Positions 26,545 through 35,086 of a stretch of 35,400 nt of DNA are shown one piece after another (within the stretch, counting starts at the first letter, position 1; every line of letters starts with the position of its first letter). This DNA is from a virus. Taxonomy: Duplodnaviria > Caudoviricetes. Both the position numbers and the translations under genes were made by a program. Location of the stretch: positions 1 through 35,400 of IMG/VR virus record IMGVR_UViG_3300017832_000020; one strand, 5' to 3'. Below the pieces are notes generated by a model. That model searched no databases. It was not told where the DNA came from and saw only the letters and a list, made by a program, of their open reading frames with translations.

Positions 26545-28021
26545 ACTAATCGTTGACAACTTTGCAGGCGGTGGAGGAGCAAGCACGGGTATCGAAATGG
26601 CGATAGGCCGCAGCGTGGACATCGCAATTAACCACGATCCGGCGGCGATCGCCATGCACCGGGCGAACCATCCGGAAACGGAGCATTACTGCGAAAGCGT
26701 ATGGGACGTCGATCCCCGCAAGGTGACTGCTGGCCGCCCAATAGCGTTATGCTGGTTCTCCCCTGACTGCACTCATTTCTCGAAGGCGAAAGGCGGGAAA
26801 CCGCGAGACAAAACCATCCGCGGTCTCGCTTGGGTAGCGTTGCGTTGGGCGGCGACAGTCCGGCCTCGAGTGATCATCCTTGAAAATGTCGAAGAATTCG
26901 TCACATGGGGACCGCTCACGCCGGATGGATATCCGGATCCAAATCAGAAAGGGCGGACTTTCCGTAGCTTCGTAAATGCGCTGCGGCGTCACGGCTACGA
27001 TGTCGACTGGCGCGAGCTGCGGGCCTGCGACTACGGTGCGCCGACGATCCGCAAACGGTTCTTTCTGATCGCTCGGTGTGACGGCCGTCCGATTGTCTGG
27101 CCGGAGCCAACGCATGGAGATCCAAACAGCCAGGAGGTTCGGTCCGGAAAACTGAAGCCATGGAAGACGGCCGGCGAGATCATTGATTGGTCGATCCCGT
27201 GCCCGTCGATCTTCGAGCGCAGCCGCCCGTTGGCTGAGAACACGCTCCGGAGGATTGCGCGCGGACTGTACAAGTTCGTGATCAACAATCCGAGTCCGTT
27301 CATTTCCCCGATCGGTGCCGCGGCGTTCCTCGCAAAGCACTATGGCGGGAATTACAGTGGTCCCGGTAGTGGTTTGGAAGATCCAATCAGCACGATAACA
27401 ACGAAGGATCATAACGCTCTCGTTGCAGCGTTTCTCGCAAAGTACCATACCGAGACGAACCACGACGCCCGCGGGCAAACGCTCGACCGGCCACTTCTGA
27501 CACAAGACACGTCCAACCGGTTTGCGCTCGTTACTTCGCATCTTGTGAAGATGCGTGGTACGAATATCGGCCAGCCCGTCATAGAGCCGCTGCAGACGAA
27601 CACCGCCGGCGGAAACCACTTCGGCGAGGTTCGTGCGTTCCTGCTCAAGTATTACGGCAGCGCCGACAACGGCCAAAGGTTGGATGAACCGTTGCACACG
27701 ATCACAACAAAGGACCGGTTCGGGCTCGTAACCATCGCCGGGGTGGACTACCAGATCGTCGACATTGGCATGCGGATGCTCGAGCCGCATGAGCTTTTCG
27801 CAGCGCAAGGGTTCCCCAGCACTTACATCATCGATCGGGATGCTGACGGAAAGAAGTATCCGAAGTCGGAGCAGGTCGCCCGCTGCGGAAACTCCGTACC
27901 GCCGCAATTTGCGGAAGCGCTGGTCCGGGCGAATCTTCCGGAACTGTGTCCGGGATCTGGCAGGGCGCTGGTATTCGAGCGGTACAAACCGACCGCCGGG
28001 CAGTTGGCATTCTCATTGTGA
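26537..28021 (+). CDS. DNA (cytosine-5) methyltransferase
   Basis: DNFAGGGG (I), SPDC (IV), ENV (VI), RKR (VIII), GNSV (X). Confidence 0.92.
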   Translation: MTELIVDNFAGGGGASTGIEMAIGRSVDIAINHDPAAIAMHRANHPETEHYCESVWDVDPRKVTAGRPIALCWFSPDCTHFSKAKGGKPRDKTIRGLAWVALRWAATVRPRVIILENVEEFVTWGPLTPDGYPDPNQKGRTFRSFVNALRRHGYDVDWRELRACDYGAPTIRKRFFLIARCDGRPIVWPEPTHGDPNSQEVRSGKLKPWKTAGEIIDWSIPCPSIFERSRPLAENTLRRIARGLYKFVINNPSPFISPIGAAAFLAKHYGGNYSGPGSGLEDPISTITTKDHNALVAAFLAKYHTETNHDARGQTLDRPLLTQDTSNRFALVTSHLVKMRGTNIGQPVIEPLQTNTAGGNHFGEVRAFLLKYYGSADNGQRLDEPLHTITTKDRFGLVTIAGVDYQIVDIGMRMLEPHELFAAQGFPSTYIIDRDADGKKYPKSEQVARCGNSVPPQFAEALVRANLPELCPGSGRALVFERYKPTAGQLAFSL

Positions 28022-28028
28022 GGTGCTG

Positions 28029-28271
28029 ATGATGACCAAACAACAACTCTACCAGCTCGCCACCGACCCGACCGCGCCGATGGATGACCGCTATGCCGCC
28101 GCCAGGGAGCTGCAGCGCCGGACGCTCAGCTCACGAAAGGTTTACGATCTGATCCGTCTGTGGCCGTATCACACGCCGTCTGAGATTGCGGACATATTGG
28201 GTGTGACCGTACCAACAGTCATCGGGTGGGCCAGTCAATACGGACTTTGGCAAAGGAGACGATCGGGATAA
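28029..28271 (+). CDS. Small HTH protein
   Basis: GAGGTG RBS; TPSEIADILGVTVPTVIGWA. Confidence 0.7.
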   Translation: MMTKQQLYQLATDPTAPMDDRYAAARELQRRTLSSRKVYDLIRLWPYHTPSEIADILGVTVPTVIGWASQYGLWQRRRSG

Positions 28272-28275
28272 GTGG

Positions 28276-29040
28276 GTGAGTAACATGGAGATCAAATGCC
28301 AGCTCTTTAACGACCATTTCCAAAATTACAAGCGATACAACATCCCAAAGGCTCAACTGGTCATAGCTGACATTCCGTACAACCTCGGCAGCAATGCGTA
28401 TGCCAGCAACCCCGAGTGGTATGTGGATGGCGATCTTTCAAAAGGCGAGTCCGAGAAGGCGGGGAAAGCCTTCTTCGATACCGACGAAAACTTCAAGATT
28501 CCAGAGTTCATGCACTTCTGTTCGAAGATGCTGATCAAGGAGCCGAAGGAACGGGGAAGGGCGCCGGCCATGATCGTGTTTTGTTCCTTCCAGCAGCTTC
28601 AACTCGTTGTTGAGCAAGGACAGAAATATGGATTCAAGAATTACATCCCGCTGGTGTTCATCAAATCATCGTCGCCCCAAGTGCTGAAGGCGAACATGAA
28701 GATTGTGGGCGCGACGGAATACGGACTCGTTCTGTATCGTGACAAGCTTCCGAAGTTCAACAACGATGGCCGGATGATCCTGAATTGGTTCAAGTGGGAG
28801 ACGGACGATAGTCCGAAGATCCATCCCACCCAGAAGCCGGTTCCGCTATTGAAACGACTTATCGAGATATTCACGGACGTTGGCGACGTCGTGATTGACC
28901 CCTGCGCAGGCAGCGGTTCCACCCTGAGAGCGGCGGTCGAAATCAATCGCCACGCCTATGGCTTCGAAATCAAGAAGGACATGTATCGATTGGCGCATGA
29001 AAAGATGTTGTCGGTCATACCGACGTCGTTGATTTTGTAG
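28276..29040 (+). CDS. DNA N6-adenine/N4-cytosine methyltransferase (beta class)
   Basis: DIPY catalytic motif precedes HPTQKP and DPCAGSGST. Confidence 0.88.
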   Translation: MSNMEIKCQLFNDHFQNYKRYNIPKAQLVIADIPYNLGSNAYASNPEWYVDGDLSKGESEKAGKAFFDTDENFKIPEFMHFCSKMLIKEPKERGRAPAMIVFCSFQQLQLVVEQGQKYGFKNYIPLVFIKSSSPQVLKANMKIVGATEYGLVLYRDKLPKFNNDGRMILNWFKWETDDSPKIHPTQKPVPLLKRLIEIFTDVGDVVIDPCAGSGSTLRAAVEINRHAYGFEIKKDMYRLAHEKMLSVIPTSLIL

Positions 29041-29053
29041 TAGGAGGGCTGCC

Positions 29054-29872
29054 ATGACCGCACCACGCATATTGCATTACCCGGGTTCCAAGTGGAGCAT
29101 GGCCGATTGGATCATCACGCACATGCCGCAGCACACGACCTATTTGGAACCGTACTTCGGATCCGGTGCTGTCTTCTTCTCGAAGCCCCCGGCCCAACTC
29201 GAAACCATCAACGACATCGACGGCGACGTCGTGAATCTTTTTCGCGTGATCCGAGACCGTCCCGACGAGCTGGCGCGGCTGGTGTACTGGACGCCATACT
29301 CGCGGCAGGAATATTACAACTCTTACCAATCGGGGGGGGAGTTGGACGATCTGGAGAGAGCGCGGAGGTTCCTGGTGCGGTGTTGGATGGCCCGGGGCGC
29401 GAAGACATCGGACCGGACGGGATGGCGGCATAACATCGACATTGCATATTCGCCGAACAAGCCTGTTTCAAGACAATGGGTGGATATGCCAGACAAAATA
29501 CTCGCGATAACCGAACGATTGCGCGGCGTCCAAATCGAACAACAGCCAGCGCTTGAGCTAATCCAGCGATACAGACGATCAGACGTGCTTATCTACGTCG
29601 ACCCGCCCTATCCGCTCGATACCCGGTCCGGCCGCATGTACCGACACGAAATGACCGACGCCGACCACGCCGAGCTGCTCGAAGTGTTGGACGCCCACCC
29701 TGGCCCGGTGCTTTTGTCTGGATATGCGAACCCGCTGTATGACGAACGCTTGAAACATTGGCAACGGGAAGAAAAACGAGTGCTGGCCGAGGCTGGGTTG
29801 GTGCGAACCGAAATTCTCTGGATCAATCCGGTAGCTGCTGAACATATTGGAAGGCAACTGACGCTATTTTGA
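29054..29872 (+). CDS. Dam-like (D12 class) DNA adenine methyltransferase
   Basis: YPGSK, EPYFGSGAV, NDID, DPPY. Confidence 0.9.
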   Translation: MTAPRILHYPGSKWSMADWIITHMPQHTTYLEPYFGSGAVFFSKPPAQLETINDIDGDVVNLFRVIRDRPDELARLVYWTPYSRQEYYNSYQSGGELDDLERARRFLVRCWMARGAKTSDRTGWRHNIDIAYSPNKPVSRQWVDMPDKILAITERLRGVQIEQQPALELIQRYRRSDVLIYVDPPYPLDTRSGRMYRHEMTDADHAELLEVLDAHPGPVLLSGYANPLYDERLKHWQREEKRVLAEAGLVRTEILWINPVAAEHIGRQLTLF

Positions 29873-29888
29873 GAAAGGAGTTGATTCG

Positions 29889-30185
29889 ATGCTCGACTGG
29901 ATATATCGAACCAAGAGCAAGCCCAAATGCAAATACCCGGACTGCAGCCGGACGGCGACCACGCATTGGGCGCTGGTCGATCTGTGCGATGAACACCGCA
30001 AGGTCATCGCGAAGGAGACGTACCAATACTACCGCGGCCAGTTCACATACGAGGAACGGACGCGATACCACTACATCAGCCATCTAATTCCGTGGGCGAA
30101 GCCGCCGAGAAGGAGGGGCGAAAGCGATGAGGCGATATGTGGGGATCGACCCGAGCACAAAGACAGGGTTCGTGGCGCTGGATGA
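29889..30185 (+). CDS. Hypothetical Cys/His-containing protein
   Basis: AAAGGAG RBS; CKYPDC...LCDEH. Confidence 0.6.
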   Translation: MLDWIYRTKSKPKCKYPDCSRTATTHWALVDLCDEHRKVIAKETYQYYRGQFTYEERTRYHYISHLIPWAKPPRRRGESDEAICGDRPEHKDRVRGAG

Positions 30186-30645
30186 AGCCGGCCGGGTGCT
30201 GCGGGCGAAAGAGTTGACCGGGATCGGAACCAAAGATCCGAAGCGGATGGTGACGCTGATCGACGAGATCATGGATCACCTGCAGCCGGATGACGTGATC
30301 TGCATCGAGAGCCCGGCCATGCACGCCCAAGGCAGCGCGGTCGGCTTTATGTGGGGACTGGCGCACGGACTGCGGATGGCGATGTTCCGGCGCGGATGGC
30401 ACTACATTGACGTCGCACCCGCCGGCGTGAAGAAATTCGCCAGCGGAAAGGGCAACACGAAGAAGGACGAGCTGGCGGTTCATATCTACAAGCGCTGGGA
30501 CTTCGAACATCCGAGCGACAACGTGCGCGACGCCTATGTGCTGGCGCAGATCGCGCGGGCCCTGTCGCCGGACATCGAGGTTCAGCTCACGAAGCAGCAG
30601 GCCGAAGTGCTGCAGGCGATCAGGAAAGCGGTGGCGGCGGGATGA
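30127..30645 (+). CDS. RuvC-like Holliday junction resolvase
   Basis: VGIDPS, CIE, VKKFASGKGN..K, DNVRDA. Confidence 0.85.
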   Translation: MRRYVGIDPSTKTGFVALDEAGRVLRAKELTGIGTKDPKRMVTLIDEIMDHLQPDDVICIESPAMHAQGSAVGFMWGLAHGLRMAMFRRGWHYIDVAPAGVKKFASGKGNTKKDELAVHIYKRWDFEHPSDNVRDAYVLAQIARALSPDIEVQLTKQQAEVLQAIRKAVAAG

Positions 30646-31721
30646 GCGCCAACACAACGATTGAATGGGCCACGAAGACGTGGAACCCGTTGCGGGGATG
30701 CAGCAAGGTTTCGGAGGGCTGCCGAAATTGCTACGCGATCCGGCAGGCGCACCGGTTCAGCGGGCCGGGCAAGCCATATGAGGGGCTGACGAAGCGAACG
30801 GCCGCGGGTGTGAACTGGACCGGGAAGATCCGTCTCGTACCGGAAGTGCTGGACGAGCCGTTAAAATGGCGAAATCCGGAGCGCGTATTCGTGAACAGCA
30901 TGAGCGATCTCTTTCATTCGGAAGTTCCGGACGAATTCATCGACCAAGTGTTCGCTGTGATGGCTCTGGCGCCGCAGCATACGTTCCAGATCCTGACGAA
31001 GCGGCCAGAGCGGATGCTGAGGTACATGAACGCACCTGATCGCGACGAAGCTATTGGGCACACGGCCATGTACCTCTATGAGAAATTCGGCGGGCGAGGG
31101 GATTGCAGTTTAGCTGCTGGACTGATTCATGGCCCGGGACGAATAACCAACCTTCCTGGGACGACAGATCACCCGAAAGCATGGCCACTTCCGAACGTCT
31201 GGCTCGGCGTCAGCGTCGAGGACCAGCGCGCCGCAGACGAGTGCATCCCGCTGCTTCTTCAGACGCCGGCGGCGGTGCGGTTCCTGAGCTGCGAGCCGCT
31301 GCTGGGGCCGGTGGACCTGACAAGGATACCGGTTTACAACGTCGGCGCTCTCCACAATTGCGATGCGCTCAGGGGTTATGGCGGTTGGGGCGATTTTGAT
31401 CGCTGGAATTATCGAGTTCATTGGGTCATCGTCGGCGGAGAGAGCGGTACCGGCGCGCGGCCGATGCATCCGGATTGGGTGCGGTCGATTCGGGATCAAT
31501 GCCTAGATGCTGGAGTGCCGTTCTTTTTCAAGCAATGGGGCGAGTGGATTCCGGCGAGCCAAGCGCTCACGCGGCAACTTGAAATCGGCCATACCGTATC
31601 GTTCCGAGCGGAAAATAATAGGCGTGTTTTGGACGAAGAAACATTTTTCCGCGTCGGAAAAAAAGCCGCCGGTCGCCTGCTGGACGGGCGCACGTGGGAT
31701 GAGTTTCCGAATATCACCTGA
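30642..31721 (+). CDS. DUF5131 (phage Gp37/Gp68) family protein
   Basis: IEW...WNPLRGCSKVSEGCRNCYA, FVNSMSDLFH, LTKRP, WVIVGGESG, FFKQWG. Confidence 0.9.
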   Translation: MSANTTIEWATKTWNPLRGCSKVSEGCRNCYAIRQAHRFSGPGKPYEGLTKRTAAGVNWTGKIRLVPEVLDEPLKWRNPERVFVNSMSDLFHSEVPDEFIDQVFAVMALAPQHTFQILTKRPERMLRYMNAPDRDEAIGHTAMYLYEKFGGRGDCSLAAGLIHGPGRITNLPGTTDHPKAWPLPNVWLGVSVEDQRAADECIPLLLQTPAAVRFLSCEPLLGPVDLTRIPVYNVGALHNCDALRGYGGWGDFDRWNYRVHWVIVGGESGTGARPMHPDWVRSIRDQCLDAGVPFFFKQWGEWIPASQALTRQLEIGHTVSFRAENNRRVLDEETFFRVGKKAAGRLLDGRTWDEFPNIT

Positions 31722-31780
31722 TTTCGTCATGCGCTTGTTGTTACGAGATCGAAACAATTCTGTTACGAAGGGGTGATCGG

Positions 31781-32047
31781 ATGGGATACGCAATAGATGA
31801 GCAGGAAACGACGTGCGTGTATGACAAGTCGACAAACCAATGGACCGTCTACACCTGCGCTCGGAATCACATCGGCCGGCTGCTCCGGCGATTCGGAGAA
31901 CCGTTCTGGAAAGAAACCGAACCGGACAAGAACGGCCAGCCGCGGATCATCGCGGCGAAGTGGATCGTTCCGGGTAACGCGGTTAGATTCGCGAGTATCC
32001 CCGCACGCAAGGCGGTTTTTTCGGGCGATCAAGACGAGGAAGGGTAA
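31781..32047 (+). CDS. Hypothetical protein
   Basis: GGGGTGA RBS, 88 aa. Confidence 0.7.
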   Translation: MGYAIDEQETTCVYDKSTNQWTVYTCARNHIGRLLRRFGEPFWKETEPDKNGQPRIIAAKWIVPGNAVRFASIPARKAVFSGDQDEEG

Positions 32048-32112
32048 ATCTACTGACTCATCACTTCAATTAATTAAACCCGCGCTGAACGCGCACAAAG
32101 GAGAGGGAAACG

Positions 32113-32592
32113 ATGGTTCAACTGAATGTGTTGTTCAAAAAGATGCAGAAGGACGACAAGAAGGAAGTGCTGCACTTCCAGGTGCAGGGCGACGAGCTGC
32201 CGGACGCGCAGCAACTGGTTGAACTGGCCGGCGGCATCGTGGTGTTCGAGGTCGACGGCTGCGACGCTGGCGAGCTGAACGCCGAGTTCGCGACGCTTCA
32301 ACGGGATTCGAAGAAGACTGTGCTCAAGATGAACATCAAGGGCGACAGCGAGGACAAGGCCGTGAAGCTTTACCGCTACGCCGGCCGAAACGTGACGCTT
32401 AAGCTGCAGGCGGCGCAGATGACCGTGGACGAATTTTACAACGAGGAACCGCATGAGGGGATCGAATACCGGGTGAATCCGGACGGAACGGCTGACGTGG
32501 ACCAGCAGCAGGTGACGCTTGAAGAGGCTGCGGAGCTGGCCGAGCATAGCACGCCGGAAACGCCGGCGGACGACGATGATCTGCCGATCTGA
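32113..32592 (+). CDS. Hypothetical acidic protein
   Basis: GGAGAGGG RBS, 159 aa, acidic tail DDDDLPI. Confidence 0.75.
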   Translation: MVQLNVLFKKMQKDDKKEVLHFQVQGDELPDAQQLVELAGGIVVFEVDGCDAGELNAEFATLQRDSKKTVLKMNIKGDSEDKAVKLYRYAGRNVTLKLQAAQMTVDEFYNEEPHEGIEYRVNPDGTADVDQQQVTLEEAAELAEHSTPETPADDDDLPI

Positions 32593-32649
32593 CGCAATCA
32601 TTCGCCCCGGCTGCACGCCGGCCGGGGCACCCGAAAGGGGGGCGAAGCC

Positions 32650-33114
32650 ATGGAAACGACCGTATTAAGCACCGAAACGCTGGACCGTAAGGCCACGCTG
32701 CGGGCGGTTGAAAGAGAACTGGAGAAGTACCGGCTGTTCAAGTTTTTGGAATACGACGAACGCGAGCCGACCGTCACGGCTTCGCCGGAGCCGCGATACC
32801 ACGGCGCGACGAACCGGGTCGGCGATCAGACGGCTGAGGTCGCGATCCAAAACGTCGACGAGAAGGAATGGCGCCGGGCGCACATTGAGCGGATCGAGCG
32901 ATTGGTCAGCGAGCTGCCGGCTAAGGAAGCGTTCCTGATCCGTGAGCGGTACATGACGAAGGATGCGGAATACATCACGGATTACCACGTTTACGCACAT
33001 GTCTTCGACCCGCCGATCAGCGACGCTACATTCCGAAAGATCCGATGGCGGGCGGTCCGGAGACTGGCTCTGGCGCTGGGGGTTGCGGTGAAGGAAGGAG
33101 GGGAAACGCGATGA
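32650..33114 (+). CDS. ArpU-family late transcriptional regulator
   Basis: LEKYR...T.S...IERLVSELP...LIRERY...HTH...RLALAL; last large gene of the early operon. Confidence 0.8.
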   Translation: METTVLSTETLDRKATLRAVERELEKYRLFKFLEYDEREPTVTASPEPRYHGATNRVGDQTAEVAIQNVDEKEWRRAHIERIERLVSELPAKEAFLIRERYMTKDAEYITDYHVYAHVFDPPISDATFRKIRWRAVRRLALALGVAVKEGGETR

Positions 33115-33317
33115 CTGAAGCAACGGCAATCGGCATCAAGTGGGATAAATACCCGGATGTGCTGCGGCCGAAACACATACAGGAGATCATGGGCCGGAGC
33201 CAGCGGAAGACGTATGAATTCCTGCATGACGCGCCGTTCCATGTTGCCAAGGACGGCCGGGAACTGTTCGTCAGCAAGGCGGTGTTTCGCAGATGGCTTG
33301 AAGGGACCGACGGATGA
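33111..33317 (+). CDS. Excisionase-like winged-HTH protein
   Basis: YPDVLRPKHIQEIMG.S..KTYE...VSKAVFRRWL; 68 aa adjacent to attP. Confidence 0.75.
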   Translation: MTEATAIGIKWDKYPDVLRPKHIQEIMGRSQRKTYEFLHDAPFHVAKDGRELFVSKAVFRRWLEGTDG

Positions 33318-33340
33318 TCGACGCCGTCGGTCTTTTTGTT
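33305..33340 (+). terminator. Terminator ending the early operon
   Basis: GACCGACGG/CCGTCGGTC stem then TTTTTGTT. Confidence 0.8.
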
Positions 33341-33420
33341 GCTCCTGCCCGAAGGTCGATTCGTATCAAATTCGTATCACGGCACCAAATGGCACCAATT
33401 GGAGCGCTGTTCGTATCACG

Positions 33421-33459
33421 TACAAAACAACGAGAGCCCTTGATTTTCAAGGGCTCTCG
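33421..33459 (-). terminator. Terminator downstream of tRNA fragment and integrase
   Basis: Perfect 13-bp inverted repeat CGAGAGCCCTTGA/TCAAGGGCTCTCG, then TTGTTTTG on the minus strand. Confidence 0.8.
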
Positions 33460-33471
33460 GGCATTTGATAA

Positions 33472-33517
33472 TGGTGATCTGTAGTGGGCTCGAACCACTG
33501 ACCCCCACCCTGTCAAG
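33472..33517 (-). other. attP core: 3' half of tRNA-Val(GAC)
   Basis: Minus strand CTTGACAGGGTGGGGGTCAGTGGTTCGAGCCCACTACAGATCACCA contains anticodon loop TTGACAG, T-arm GGTTCGAGCC and CCA end; the 5' half is absent. Confidence 0.9.
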
Positions 33518-33569
33518 ATTCCAGTTTCATCATACAGTTTTATCCTCCAACATCAAAAACCGCATGAAA

Positions 33570-34787
33570 TCAAGTGTTCGCGGCATTTTCGTCATTCCCG
33601 TTTTGTACAGTTTCATCCCCTTTTCTCGTATCAAATTTCGTATCACGGGGCGAATTCGTATCATTTTTCGTATCACGGGAACCATAAAATGCGGCCCCGA
33701 ACGCCTCCGCAACGTCCGCCTGAATGTCCGGCCGGATGTGCGCGTATTTGTCGATCATGCGCGTATCCGACCATCCGAGGCGTTCCGCGATCGCCTGCGG
33801 CGTCTCCCGGTTCTTGATCAGGAATGTAACGTGGGTGTGCCGCAAGTCGTGGAACCGGATGTCGGGTACGTCTGCCTTCTCGATCAACCGCTTGAATGTC
33901 CGGTTCACGTTCCGGGGCGACAGCGGGCCGCCGAACCGGGTGCATACCACAAGATCGCGATCTTCGAACATGTCCGCGTATTTCATGCGGCGTTCCAACT
34001 GCTTTTTCCGGTGTGCCTCAATATAGTCCAGCGTGTTCCTGTCGATCCGGATCGGCCGGACGCCGGACAGGCTCTTTGCGCCAGCCTCGAACTCTTTGCC
34101 GTCGTGGTTCAGGATCTGCGATACGCTGATGATACCGCGCTCGCGGTCGATGTCCTTCCAGCGGAGCCCGAGAATTTCGCCCTGTCGCATGCCGGTTGTG
34201 AGGGCCAACAGGAACACGATATGCAGCGGGTCGTCTTTCGCTACCTCAAGGAACCGCTGCGCCTCCTCGAGCGTCCAGACCTGCATTTCCTTCTTTCGGG
34301 CCGCCGGCCGCTTCACGTATTCGGCCGGGTTGTCTGCGATCATCTTCCACGCCTTCGCCTGTTTGAATGCGTCTTTCAGAAGCGTATGGATCTTCTGGAT
34401 GTTCTCATCGGACAGGGCGCCGGACTCCGATATGTCGTTGTAAAGCTTCTGAATGTGCCGCGGCTCGACCTTCTGCAGCTCCATCTTGCCGAGGGCCGGC
34501 AGAACATGCAAACGGATCAGCCGCACGTAATTCTCGTATGTGCGGCGCTTCACGGATATTTTCTTTCCGTCCAGCCATTCGCCGAGATATTCGGCCAGCG
34601 TGATCTTCTTTGGCTGGATGTAGGTTCCGGCGTTGATCTCGGCCTCCATCGCGGCCATCGCGCGTTTTACCTCGGCCTGCGTTTTGAAGCCGCGGCGCAT
34701 GACCTGCTTGTAACGGCCGTCAGCGTCCTTGTAGTTGATTTTGAAAAAATATGTTCCCGTCCGCTCGTCCTTGTACCAGGGCATCAC
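33570..34787 (-). CDS. int: Tyrosine integrase
   Basis: N-terminal arm-binding domain (RRGFKT..E), SAM-like domain, GMRQGE, HDLRH, LGW, Y in DKYAH. Confidence 0.95.
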   Translation of the reverse strand: MMPWYKDERTGTYFFKINYKDADGRYKQVMRRGFKTQAEVKRAMAAMEAEINAGTYIQPKKITLAEYLGEWLDGKKISVKRRTYENYVRLIRLHVLPALGKMELQKVEPRHIQKLYNDISESGALSDENIQKIHTLLKDAFKQAKAWKMIADNPAEYVKRPAARKKEMQVWTLEEAQRFLEVAKDDPLHIVFLLALTTGMRQGEILGLRWKDIDRERGIISVSQILNHDGKEFEAGAKSLSGVRPIRIDRNTLDYIEAHRKKQLERRMKYADMFEDRDLVVCTRFGGPLSPRNVNRTFKRLIEKADVPDIRFHDLRHTHVTFLIKNRETPQAIAERLGWSDTRMIDKYAHIRPDIQADVAEAFGAAFYGSRDTKNDTNSPRDTKFDTRKGDETVQNGNDENAANT

Positions 34788-35086
34788 TTTTCACCCCGGT
34801 TAATAACGTCGCGAATTGTGCCCTCGTACCAATACCCGCGGCCGCGCTCATCGAATCCGTCGAAACGCGGCAGCGTGCCGCGGTTGATGCGGCCAACGAT
34901 CGCCTGCGCCGTTGACCCGAGCATTCGGGCCACGTCCGCCTGGTAGATGCGCTTGCGAATGTCGGCGGGGCCGTAGGCGATGCCGTCAGGATCAACGAGC
35001 ACGGGCTGACCATGGATGCTGGCTGGATGGTCGGTGGTGAGACACCAGCCGTCCCAAACACCTCCACCTTTCCAAATATCAGTCAT
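34784..35086 (-). CDS. Small protein with C-terminal HTH (AlpA/MerR-like)
   Basis: GGAGG RBS before ATG 35086; QADVARMLGSTAQAI...RGTLP...W; coupled to int. Confidence 0.65.
   Translation of the reverse strand: MTDIWKGGGVWDGWCLTTDHPASIHGQPVLVDPDGIAYGPADIRKRIYQADVARMLGSTAQAIVGRINRGTLPRFDGFDERGRGYWYEGTIRDVINRGEK

Larger units (their letters stand above)
33360..33675 (+). repeat. Seven direct repeats (T)TCGTATCA, putative integrase arm sites
   Basis: Copies at 33360, 33371 and 33410 left of the core, and 33626, 33637, 33655 and 33667 right of it. Confidence 0.85.

Noticed and set aside
20137-27907. Long minus-strand ORFs opposite early genes (20137..21438, 23354..24571, 26747..27907)
   Set aside because: Shadow frames of well-supported plus-strand genes.
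33472-33517. Functional tRNA gene
   Set aside because: Only the 3' half is present; the D-arm and 5' acceptor strand are missing.
33360-33675. CRISPR-like array
   Set aside because: Repeats are only 8-9 bp and irregularly spaced, with no cas genes; better explained as integrase arm sites.
33465-34946. 493-aa plus-strand ORF
   Set aside because: Antisense to the integrase and runs through the attP core; the sequence is not protein-like.
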